In this document: one piece after another, positions 1 through 7,968 of the stretch
Numbering within the stretch: the stretch's first letter is position 1
Layout of the letters: every line of letters starts with the position of its first letter
Assembly (NCBI GenBank): GCA_021786815.1
Contig: JAJYMR010000107.1
Span: 1-39,088, forward strand
Source: Deltaproteobacteria bacterium
GTDB lineage: Bacteria; Desulfobacterota; Binatia; Binatales; Binataceae
DNA: 39,088 nucleotides
Direction of reading: 5' to 3'
Position numbers and translations under genes: made by a program
Notes under the pieces: model-generated
Seen by the model: the letters and a program-made list of their open reading frames with translations, nothing else
Told to the model about the DNA's origin: nothing
Databases searched by the model: none

Positions 1-49
1 GCTCGGTGAAAGCTTTTATCGCTTCGGCGGTCGGAGCTACTGCACTCAT
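1..49 (-). CDS. 5' end of an unidentified gene (partial, continues beyond the window)
   Basis: ATG at 49-47 is preceded by an AGGAGA Shine-Dalgarno (complement of 56-61) 6 nt upstream. It reads MSAVAPTAEAIKAFTE... and lies 37 nt downstream of the TetR stop on the same strand. Confidence 0.35.
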   Translation of the reverse strand, partial: MSAVAPTAEAIKAFTE

Positions 50-86
50 CACAACTCTCCTTCAGCCGCAGCCGAGGCGCGGCGGT

Positions 87-689
87 TTATCGACTTTGCA
101 GAAGGGCTTTCAGCGTCAAGTTGAGCGCCGCCTTTGCGCGCTCGACGGAAAGCCCCTGGCGCCGACGCATCTGATCCCAGGACTGGAATGAACTTGCCGC
201 TTCCATCGCATTGAAGAGCGTCACGCGCGCGCGCCCGCGCCTCGCCGCCAGTTCCTGGCGAAACACGCGTGCCAAATGTGCGCGCTCCAATTCGGTCACC
301 CACGCCAGCCTGCGGCGAATTTCGGGTGAACCAGGCTCCCTCAGAAGCGACGCGCGGCGCACCGGCGCAATTCGTTCCAACAGCCGTGCGCGCTGGCGCA
401 CGAAGGCGCTGAGCCGGGCGGCAAGCGGTCCCGTATCTGACAGAGGCCGGAGCAGTGGAGTGACGCGCTCGAGCTGGCGATCGGCGGCGGCAGCGTGAAG
501 CGATTCGAGGTCGGCGAAGTAATGGAACACGAGGCGAAGCGAGACCCCGGCGCGGGCCGCAACCCGTTCGGCTGTCGGGCTGAAGTCGCCCTCGTCGATC
601 AGGTCAAGGAGCGCGTCAACCACTGCGACACGCGTCCGTTCACCACGCGCGCGCCGTCCGTCGATCCGCTCCGCAGAGGCAGCTTCCAC
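87..689 (-). CDS. TetR/AcrR family transcriptional regulator
   Basis: The N-terminal HTH region (TRVAVVDALLDLIDEGDFSPTAERVAARAGVSLRLVFHYF) is typical of the TetR_N domain. 200 aa, GTG start. Confidence 0.85.
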   Translation of the reverse strand: MEAASAERIDGRRARGERTRVAVVDALLDLIDEGDFSPTAERVAARAGVSLRLVFHYFADLESLHAAAADRQLERVTPLLRPLSDTGPLAARLSAFVRQRARLLERIAPVRRASLLREPGSPEIRRRLAWVTELERAHLARVFRQELAARRGRARVTLFNAMEAASSFQSWDQMRRRQGLSVERAKAALNLTLKALLQSR

Positions 690-702
690 GCGCCGGAACT
701 TA

Positions 703-719
703 TTACACTGTCAGTGCAA
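703..719. promoter_or_regulatory. Near-perfect palindrome, candidate TetR operator
   Basis: TTACACTG-T-CAGTGCAA (core CACTG/CAGTG perfect, 7/8 over the arms) lies 14 nt upstream of the TetR GTG start. Confidence 0.4.
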
Positions 720-818
720 TTACAAACCGAGTGCGCGGCAGAAACCGACTCCCCGTCGGACCGGCGCGGGCGTATTCGGACGGCAATGTGACGAGATCTT
801 TTGGAAGGAAGCGCCCGC

Positions 819-1433
819 TCAGGCGACGTCCATGATTTCGAGCAGACGCTCGGTGATGCGCAGCGTGAGACCCCAGATTGTCTGGCCGCCGTACAGTATC
901 GCCGGATAGCTCGACGATGGCGCTCCGTCGCGCTTCCATTCGTAGCTTCCGCGGTAGCGCCGGTCGGAAAGCGCCGCCAGCGGCACCTCGAACACTTCGG
1001 CGACTTCAATCGGGTCGGGCGTGAACGTTACCTCGCGCGTGACCAGTCCCACGAACGGCGCAACCGCCATCGCGCTGGTGAGCGTGCTCATGGTGGAAAA
1101 TCCGCCCAGCACGTCAACCCATTCGGGTTCGAGTCCGACCTCCTCGCGCGCCTCGCGAAGCGCCGTGTCGAGCAGAGTCCGGTCGGCCGGGTCCACTCGC
1201 CCACCCGGAAACGCGACCTGACCGCGATGGCTTTCGACGTGGTCGGAGCGGCGGATATAGACGACGCTCAAATCGCCCTTGCGCTCGAGCAAAGGAACCA
1301 GCACCGCGGCCTCGCGCGTGAGCGTGCCCGGCGCGGGCCGATCGGCGGGATCGCCCAGGGTCAGCGTCCGGCGTAGCTGTTCGATACGGCGATCCATCGT
1401 CGAATTGCGCTTCATCGGATGACTGCTCGGCAT
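819..1433 (-). CDS. NUDIX hydrolase, CoA pyrophosphatase (NudL-like)
   Basis: Nudix box GGRVDPADRTLLDTALREAREEVGL, preceded by a CoA-pyrophosphatase-type signature (IRRSDHVESHRGQVAFPGG). The start is ambiguous (ATG 1433, 1415 or 1397). The track ORF start at 1529 would nearly abut thiI. Confidence 0.8.
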   Translation of the reverse strand: MPSSHPMKRNSTMDRRIEQLRRTLTLGDPADRPAPGTLTREAAVLVPLLERKGDLSVVYIRRSDHVESHRGQVAFPGGRVDPADRTLLDTALREAREEVGLEPEWVDVLGGFSTMSTLTSAMAVAPFVGLVTREVTFTPDPIEVAEVFEVPLAALSDRRYRGSYEWKRDGAPSSSYPAILYGGQTIWGLTLRITERLLEIMDVA

Positions 1434-1543
1434 CTCCAAAGCATAGCACAACCGGTTGCGCGCGGCGTTATCGTGTCCCTCAGTCTGGCGTCGGCGTTGG
1501 CCGCATGCGACTCTAGCATCCGGCTTCACGCCCTGATTCCAGC

Positions 1544-2731
1544 ATGCGTTTTTTGATTGGCAGATATCACGAGGTCGGCCTCAAAGGGGGCAACCGATGG
1601 CGGTTCGTCGAGCAGGTGAAGCACAACCTGCGCGCGCTCTTCGCCGACTACCGGCTCGGTGCGATGCGGTCGCTCGGGTCGCGCCTGATGGTGGAGTTGC
1701 CCGACGAACTTCCGGACAAGGTGGCCGTCGAACGCGCCGCGTGCATCTTCGGCCTGCAGAACTTCTCGCTTGGCTACCCGGCCGCGCTCGACATTGAGGC
1801 GATGAAGCGCGAGGCGGTCGAGCGTGCGCGCCAATGGCCGGCGGCGCGCTCGTTCCGGATAAGCACGCGCCGCGACTACAAGCAGTTCCCGATGAATTCG
1901 ATGGAAATCGACCGCGAGGTGGGCGCCGCGGTTGCCGAGGCGCTGAAGCTTCGCGTCGATCTCCACAATCCGGAACTCGACATCTCGATCGAAGTGTTGC
2001 CCGACACAGCCTACGTGTCTTCGGGCAAGCTTGCGGGCGCGGGCGGCCTTCCGGTCGGCGTGACGGGTCGCGCGATGGCGCTGCTGTCGGGTGGGATCGA
2101 CTCGCCGGTCGCGGCCTACCGGATGATGAAGCGCGGGCTCAGGGTGACCTTCGTCCACTTCCACGCCCATCCGCTGGTCTCGCCCGCGAGCCGGGAGAAG
2201 GCGCAGGAACTGGCCGCTCATCTGACCCGTTACCAGGCGCATTCGAGCCTGATGCTGGTGCCGTTCGGTGTGCTTCAGCGCGAGATCGTGGCGCGCACGA
2301 AGAGGCCGCTTCGGGTGGTGCTCTACCGGCGCTTCATGATGCGGATCGCAAGCGCGCTGGCGCGCCAGGCCGGCGCCGCGGTCCTGGTCACGGGCGAGAG
2401 CCTCGGCCAGGTGGCGTCGCAGACGCTCGAGAACATGATGGTCATCGAACGGGCGGCAACGCTTCCGATCCTGCGCCCGCTAATCGGGATGGACAAGAAC
2501 GAGATAATCGCCGAGGCACGCCGGATTGGAACATTCGAGACGTCGATTCTGCCCGACGAGGATTGCTGCACGCTCTTTGTCCCGGCCCATCCGGAGACTC
2601 GCGCGAATCTTGCCGAAGTCGAACGCACCGAAACCCAGTTCGATATCGAAAAGATGGTCGCCGAGGCCGTGCGCGCGACCGAGGTGGTAAAGGCGACATT
2701 TCCGCCCGCGCCGGCCGCCAAAGCCGCGTAA
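1544..2731 (+). CDS. thiI: tRNA 4-thiouridine(8) synthase ThiI, short form without a rhodanese domain
   Basis: THUMP-type N-terminus (MRFLIGRYHEVGLKGGNR), PP-loop SGGIDSPVAAY and a conserved EDCCTLF cysteine motif. At 395 aa it ends before where a C-terminal rhodanese domain would sit. Confidence 0.9.
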   Translation: MRFLIGRYHEVGLKGGNRWRFVEQVKHNLRALFADYRLGAMRSLGSRLMVELPDELPDKVAVERAACIFGLQNFSLGYPAALDIEAMKREAVERARQWPAARSFRISTRRDYKQFPMNSMEIDREVGAAVAEALKLRVDLHNPELDISIEVLPDTAYVSSGKLAGAGGLPVGVTGRAMALLSGGIDSPVAAYRMMKRGLRVTFVHFHAHPLVSPASREKAQELAAHLTRYQAHSSLMLVPFGVLQREIVARTKRPLRVVLYRRFMMRIASALARQAGAAVLVTGESLGQVASQTLENMMVIERAATLPILRPLIGMDKNEIIAEARRIGTFETSILPDEDCCTLFVPAHPETRANLAEVERTETQFDIEKMVAEAVRATEVVKATFPPAPAAKAA

Positions 2732-2777
2732 CGCGTTTTCCGTTCGCGGCACGATTGGGACTGTACGCGAAGAGCCT

Positions 2778-4007
2778 CTACAGGCCCGCGCGCAGCAGGA
2801 CGATATTGACCGCGAGCGTGAGTATCGTGACCGGCACGCCCACCTTCAGATACTCCATGAACGATATCCGGACGCGCCTGGCGCGCGCCTGCTCGATAAC
2901 GATAAGGTTCGCGATCGAACCGACCACCGTTAAGTTTCCGGCGAGCGTGCTTGCGCTCGCGATCAGCAGCGCGGTGCGATAGCCGCCTCCGAGCAGCGGA
3001 TAGAGCGGGCGAAACAGCAGGACCGCCGGGACGTTGCTGACCAGGTTGGAAAGCGCCGCCGTGACGAGACTCAGCACGACCGGGTTGCTCATCCGCTCAA
3101 CGCCGACCGCCGCGAGCAGGCCGTTCTGGAAGCCGGTCGATTCGGCGCCCGCGACCACGATAAACAGCCCCGTGAACATCAGGAGCATCGTCCAGTCCAC
3201 CAGGCCGAAGACTCGCTCGGGCCGGACCCGCCGCGTGAAGAGCAAGATCGCGCCGGCGCTTAGCGCGACCAGATGCGTTGGGTAGCCGAGCGCGAACATC
3301 ACCAGCGTCCCACCGGCGATCAGCGCCGACTTGAGCGCAAGCGGCTTCAGCACCGCCAGATGCTGGCGGCGCAGGATGGCGGTGTTGCGGCGCATTCGCG
3401 CGAGCTTGTCGCGATGGAGCGCCGCGATCACCGCGTAGTCGATCGCAAGCCCGATTATCGCGACTGGCGCCAGGTGGAGCGCGAACCGTCCGTAGCGGAG
3501 ATGAGCGAATCCGGCGACAATCATGTTCTGCGGATTGCCGGTGATGGTCGCGGCGCTTCCGATATTGCTCGCGGTCGCCAGCGCGAGCAGAAACGGCACC
3601 GGATCGAGCGAGAGCATCCCGGCCGCTTCGATCAGCAGCGGCGCAAGCGCAAGGCATACCACGTCGTTGATGAAGAACGCGGCGAGAACCCCCGAGGCCG
3701 CCACCGTCATCGCGAGCATTCCCGGTCCCGAACGCGCTTTCAACAAAAGCGCCCGTGTGAAGGCCGCGAACGCCCCCGAAAGCCTCAAGTTCGCCACCAC
3801 GATCATCATCCCGAGCAGAAGCCCGAGCGTGCGGTAGTCCACCGCTTTCCATGCGTCGTTCTCGGAGAGCGCCCCGGTGACGATCATCGCGACCGCGCCC
3901 GCAAGCGCGGCGCCGGTCCGGTCGAGCCTGAGACGCGGCAGCTTGCCGACGGCAAGAACTGCGTAAGTTAGGCTGAAGATCGCAAGAGTGAGAGCCGGAT
4001 GGTTCAT
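2778..4007 (-). CDS. ArsB/NhaD (SLC13-like) anion permease family membrane protein
   Basis: About 410 aa polytopic hydrophobic protein with the architecture typical of CitMHS/ArsB-type permeases. First ATG is at 4007; the track start at 4043 is a TTG. Confidence 0.7.
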   Translation of the reverse strand: MNHPALTLAIFSLTYAVLAVGKLPRLRLDRTGAALAGAVAMIVTGALSENDAWKAVDYRTLGLLLGMMIVVANLRLSGAFAAFTRALLLKARSGPGMLAMTVAASGVLAAFFINDVVCLALAPLLIEAAGMLSLDPVPFLLALATASNIGSAATITGNPQNMIVAGFAHLRYGRFALHLAPVAIIGLAIDYAVIAALHRDKLARMRRNTAILRRQHLAVLKPLALKSALIAGGTLVMFALGYPTHLVALSAGAILLFTRRVRPERVFGLVDWTMLLMFTGLFIVVAGAESTGFQNGLLAAVGVERMSNPVVLSLVTAALSNLVSNVPAVLLFRPLYPLLGGGYRTALLIASASTLAGNLTVVGSIANLIVIEQARARRVRISFMEYLKVGVPVTILTLAVNIVLLRAGL

Positions 4008-4173
4008 CGGATTGATGCATAATTGACGGCTGTGCCTGCCCAATCAAGCCGCGGGCTTCGCGCCGACGGTTGCCTCCGGCGCAAACACGCCCCATCGGCG
4101 CCCACTGCCTGGGGGCGGGATTCCCTTGCCCGGCGGCCCGGCGGTATATTTCGAAACGGGGAACGGGGACATC

Positions 4174-5208
4174 ATGTTTCGCGAGTTGAATCACGCGAAG
4201 TGCAAGAGCTACCTGGTCGCTTCGGAGCCCGAAGCCAGGGCCGTGATAATCGACCCATTGCGCGACAAAATCGGGATTTACCTCGGCGTTCTTGCCTACC
4301 ATGGGCTCAAGCTCGAAATGGTAATCGACACCCATACCCACGCCGACCATCGAAGCGGTGCGCGCGACCTGAGCGATCTGACCGGCGCTCCCATCGTGAT
4401 GCATCGGCGCGCGCCGTCGCCGCACGTCACGCGGCACGTCGAGGATGGCGACCTGCTCCGATGCGGCAGCCTCCAGCTCAAGGTGCTCCACACCCCGGGC
4501 CACACGCCCGACTCGATAAGCCTGTTTGCGGGCGACCGGGTATTCACCGGCGACGTGTTGCTGATCCACGGAACCGGACGCACCGATTTCGCCGGAGGCG
4601 ATCCGGGCACGTCGTACGATTCGATCACGAAGAAGCTTTTTGTGCTGCCCGATTCGACGCTGGTCTTTCCGGCGCACGACTATCGCGGGCACGCGCATTC
4701 GACGATAGGCGAGGAGAAGCGTTCCAACCCGCGTGTCGCCGGCCGAAGCCGCCAGGATTACGTAAACCTGATGAACAACCTTGGATTGCCGCTGCCCGAG
4801 GGTATCCAGGAAGCGCTTCAGCCCAACCAGTCCGAGGTCGAGTCCGAGACGATGCCGTTTCCGGACCTGGCCCAGCTAAGCCAGGTGCGTCAGCTAAGTC
4901 CCAAGGAAGTGGCCGAGCGGGTCGCGCGGCCCAACGGGGCGGTTCTGCTCGACGTGCGTGAGGAAAGCGAGTTCCATGGCGAACTCGGTCATATCGCGGG
5001 CGCGCGCCTGATGCCGCTTCGCGAATTGCCCGAACGGGCGAAGGAGCTTTCAGCGTTCAAGGATCGCGAGATAATCGCGATTTGCAGGGTCGGGCAGCGC
5101 AGCACCACCGCCGCTGCGATTCTCACCGGGCTTGGCTTCGAGCGCGTCTGGAACATGAAGGGCGGGATGCTCGACTGGAACGACGCCCATCTTCCCGTGC
5201 AACGATAA
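4174..5208 (+). CDS. MBL-fold persulfide dioxygenase (ETHE1-like) fused to a C-terminal rhodanese domain
   Basis: HTHADH metal motif and an ETHE1-like N-terminus (MFRELNHAKCKSYLV). The C-terminal rhodanese has the active-site loop CRVGQRS and ends GGMLDWN. Start taken at the ATG after a GGGGA SD. Confidence 0.85.
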   Translation: MFRELNHAKCKSYLVASEPEARAVIIDPLRDKIGIYLGVLAYHGLKLEMVIDTHTHADHRSGARDLSDLTGAPIVMHRRAPSPHVTRHVEDGDLLRCGSLQLKVLHTPGHTPDSISLFAGDRVFTGDVLLIHGTGRTDFAGGDPGTSYDSITKKLFVLPDSTLVFPAHDYRGHAHSTIGEEKRSNPRVAGRSRQDYVNLMNNLGLPLPEGIQEALQPNQSEVESETMPFPDLAQLSQVRQLSPKEVAERVARPNGAVLLDVREESEFHGELGHIAGARLMPLRELPERAKELSAFKDREIIAICRVGQRSTTAAAILTGLGFERVWNMKGGMLDWNDAHLPVQR

Positions 5209-5237
5209 GCGCCCGGTGACGGGCGCAAGGAGACGCC

Positions 5238-5636
5238 GTGGAACCGCCGCTCAAGGTTGCCGAACTCGATCACGTGGTGTTGCGATGCGCCGACCGCGAA
5301 AAGGCGCTCGATTTCTATACGCGCGTCCTCGGACTCGGCGAGGAACGGCGTATCGAGCAGATAGGCCTCGTGCAATTGCGCGCGGGACGCAGCATGCTCG
5401 ACCTGGTTCCGGCCGTCGGCGCCCGCGACGAACACGGGCGCAACGTCGATCATTTCTGCCTCGGTATCGAGACCGACGACATTCATAAGGTCGTCGAGTA
5501 TCTCAAGGCCAACTCGGTCGAGGTTCTTGGCGAGCCGGTGACTCGCTACGGGGCGCGCGGGAACGGTCTTTCGATTTACGTTCGCGACCCCGAAGGGAAC
5601 GTGGTCGAGTTGAAACAGCTTCCCAGGGAAAGCTGA
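5238..5636 (+). CDS. VOC (glyoxalase/bleomycin resistance/dioxygenase) family protein
   Basis: LDHVVLRCAD...HFCL...DPEGNVVEL pattern of the VOC fold. AAGGAG SD lies 5 nt before the GTG start, 29 nt after the upstream stop. Confidence 0.8.
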   Translation: MEPPLKVAELDHVVLRCADREKALDFYTRVLGLGEERRIEQIGLVQLRAGRSMLDLVPAVGARDEHGRNVDHFCLGIETDDIHKVVEYLKANSVEVLGEPVTRYGARGNGLSIYVRDPEGNVVELKQLPRES

Positions 5637-5767
5637 AGGCGCTGTCGCATCCAAGCTCCCCCGACATCCCGGCCCTGCGACCGCCGTTTGTCGTGCGGAA
5701 CTTGTTTTTGATCCCGGCCCCATTAGAATCGTGACGTTTCACACTCGCGGAGGTGAGGCGACTGACG

Positions 5768-6928
5768 ATGGACATGGGGGCACGTGGAATCAATCGTCGG
5801 GGTCTGATAATAGCCTGCGCTGCCGTTCTTGCGGCGATTCTCTCCGGATGCAGCAGGGGGCCGGAGTCAAACGCACAGGCTTACGTTGACGACCTCAAGC
5901 TCTACAATTATCCGGCGTGTTACGACCTGCTCTCGCAGCAGGACAAAATCGACAGGACACTCGACCAGTTCCTGGCCGAGATCCCGCTTGCGCCCGTCGT
6001 AAACCGCGATTGGTTCAAGGCGATCGTGCAGGCGACCACCTTCGAGGTCGGAAGCGTAAAGACGCTCGGTCCGGACAAGGCCGTCGTCGAGGTCAAGGTG
6101 ACGCGTCCCGACCTGCCGCTCTGGGAGCGGACGATCGACGCCGAGACCGGGCCGAACCAGGACGCAAGCTCGCTTGCGCAGAAAAGCCTGACCGAGGGTA
6201 CCTTCCCTAAACTCTCGTACGAAGACGACATCGCGATGGTGAAGCAGCCGACCGGCTGGAAAATCTTCGTCGATTTCCCCGCCAGGGAAGCGATTTTCAA
6301 GGAACACGCCGAAGCGGTGAAGGCTTACCACGATCACGATTACGACAAGGCGATCGCGCTTTACCAGCAAATCCTCCAGGATCTCGACAAGGAGCAGGCG
6401 ACCGGAAACGAGGGCCTCAAGTTCATCTACCAGCGCGAGTTGAACGACATCCAAAACGTGAAGAACCAGATGGCCGACGCGAAGGCCTATGTCTCGAACC
6501 TGAAGCTGGCGAACGTCGACATGAAGATGGCGGCGTCGGGCGTGCCTGCGATTTTCGGCACCGTCACCAACGGCGGCGACAAGCCGGTTGACGAAGTCGT
6601 CTGCACGGTCAGCTATTACGAAGGCAAGGGCAAGCGCCGGAAAATGGTTTACAGCGAGGACCATACGATAGTGGCGACCCCGCTCGAATTCATCAACTTC
6701 GATCGCCCGGTCCTGCCGTTCATTCCCGGCGAGACGCGGAAGTTCGGTTTCAAGCTGAACGCCCCGGTGCAGATCCAGCAGAAGGCGAAGCCGGACCTGG
6801 AGGTCACGGGGGTCGCATTCACCCAGTCGAAGGCGCCGCTGCCCAAGCCGCAGCCGACGCCGGCGCCCGAGGCGAGTCCTTCGCCGGCAGCGGCCGCCTC
6901 GCCATCGGCGGCGAAACCGAAACCATGA
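5768..6928 (+). CDS. Lipoprotein of unknown function with a Pro/Ala/Ser-rich C-terminal tail
   Basis: Signal peptide with an RR (INRRGLII) and lipobox LSGC. Lys/Asp/Asn-rich body with lower GC than its neighbours. Tail reads PLPKPQPTPAPEASPSPAAAASPSAAKPKP. Confidence 0.7.
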   Translation: MDMGARGINRRGLIIACAAVLAAILSGCSRGPESNAQAYVDDLKLYNYPACYDLLSQQDKIDRTLDQFLAEIPLAPVVNRDWFKAIVQATTFEVGSVKTLGPDKAVVEVKVTRPDLPLWERTIDAETGPNQDASSLAQKSLTEGTFPKLSYEDDIAMVKQPTGWKIFVDFPAREAIFKEHAEAVKAYHDHDYDKAIALYQQILQDLDKEQATGNEGLKFIYQRELNDIQNVKNQMADAKAYVSNLKLANVDMKMAASGVPAIFGTVTNGGDKPVDEVVCTVSYYEGKGKRRKMVYSEDHTIVATPLEFINFDRPVLPFIPGETRKFGFKLNAPVQIQQKAKPDLEVTGVAFTQSKAPLPKPQPTPAPEASPSPAAAASPSAAKPKP

Positions 6929-7025
6929 GGCTGCACGGCCTCAGCAGGCCTATCTGAAGCGTATGGCGGGGCCTTGGACGTTCATCTCGCGTCCGAGGCC
7001 CGAACGCGTCACACTCTTCAGCACT

Positions 7026-7034
7026 TGCTATAAT
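7026..7034 (+). promoter_or_regulatory. Extended -10 promoter element (TGcTATAAT)
   Basis: A perfect TATAAT at 7029-7034 with an upstream TG, striking in a high-GC context. It lies 31 nt before the sulfotransferase ATG. GGGAG SD at 7057-7061; the -35 is weak (GCGTCA). Confidence 0.4.
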
Positions 7035-7065
7035 TCCTTCGATTTCCTCGAAGCGTGGGAGCTGA

Positions 7066-7968
7066 ATGCAGGATTCGACCCGTAAACGCAGGCTGCCGGA
7101 CTTCATGGGCGTGGGACCTCCGCGCACCGGGACCACATGGCTCGACGAAGTCCTGCGCGGCCATGTTGGCCTTCCCGAAGGACGAAAGGAAACCGACTTC
7201 TTCAAGCGCAACTATCCGCGCGGAGTCGATTGGTGGGCGGCCTATTTCGAGAACTGCCCGCCGAATCTTCCTTGCGGCGAGATCTGTCCGACCTATTTTG
7301 CGCTCGAGCAGGCGCGCACGCGGCTCGCAGAGCTTCTGCCGGAGTGCAGGATAGTGATCACGCTGCGCGATCCGGTGGAGCGGGCATATTCCTACTTCCG
7401 CCTGTTGCATCGCCACGGCTGGATGAAGACCGGGTTCGAGGAGGCCGTGATGCGCCGGCGGGACATTCGCGACCAAAGCCGTTACGCCGCGCACTTGAGG
7501 GCGTGGCAGCAGACGTTCGGCGCGGAGCGCGTATATGTCGGCTTTTACGACGACCTCAAGGCGAGGCCGCAGGCTTTTATCGACGGGATTACAAGCTTCC
7601 TCGGCATTCCTTCGATTCCGGTTGCCGGCTCCGCGGTCGCTGAGGAGCGCGTCAATACCGTGGGCGAAGCCCCGCGCAGTCGCAGCCTGGCGCGCCGGGC
7701 GCGCCGGTTGCACCTATGGCTCGAGGACAAAAAGTTCGACAGTACCGTGCGGATTCTCACGGACCTTGGCGTGTGGCGCTTCTTCGCGACCGGCGGACCG
7801 AAATTCGAGCCTCTCACCGACGAAGTCGACGCCCGGCTAAGGGAAGTGTTTCGTCCCGATATCGAGGAACTCGAAAAGCTGCTCGGGCGCGACCTCGCCG
7901 CGTGGAAGACTCCCCGCTCGAAACGGAGAAGGCTCAACGAAATTAACGATAGCAATACCGACCCATAA
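7066..7968 (+). CDS. Sulfotransferase family protein (PAPS-dependent type)
   Basis: 5'-PSB loop GPPRTGTTW and a 3'-PB-like RDPVERAYS motif; 300 aa. Confidence 0.85.
   Translation: MQDSTRKRRLPDFMGVGPPRTGTTWLDEVLRGHVGLPEGRKETDFFKRNYPRGVDWWAAYFENCPPNLPCGEICPTYFALEQARTRLAELLPECRIVITLRDPVERAYSYFRLLHRHGWMKTGFEEAVMRRRDIRDQSRYAAHLRAWQQTFGAERVYVGFYDDLKARPQAFIDGITSFLGIPSIPVAGSAVAEERVNTVGEAPRSRSLARRARRLHLWLEDKKFDSTVRILTDLGVWRFFATGGPKFEPLTDEVDARLREVFRPDIEELEKLLGRDLAAWKTPRSKRRRLNEINDSNTDP

Noticed and set aside
1125-1140. tRNA T-arm-like string GGGTTCGAGTCCGACC
   Set aside because: The flanks do not form a T-stem or acceptor stem, and it lies inside the NUDIX coding frame. No tRNA cloverleaf could be built anywhere in the window.
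3097-4698. 533-aa minus-strand ORF spanning the permease / MBL-rhodanese region
   Set aside because: It has an Arg/Ala/Gly-rich composition and no domain signatures. It overlaps two well-supported genes on both strands, a typical high-GC alternate-frame artefact.
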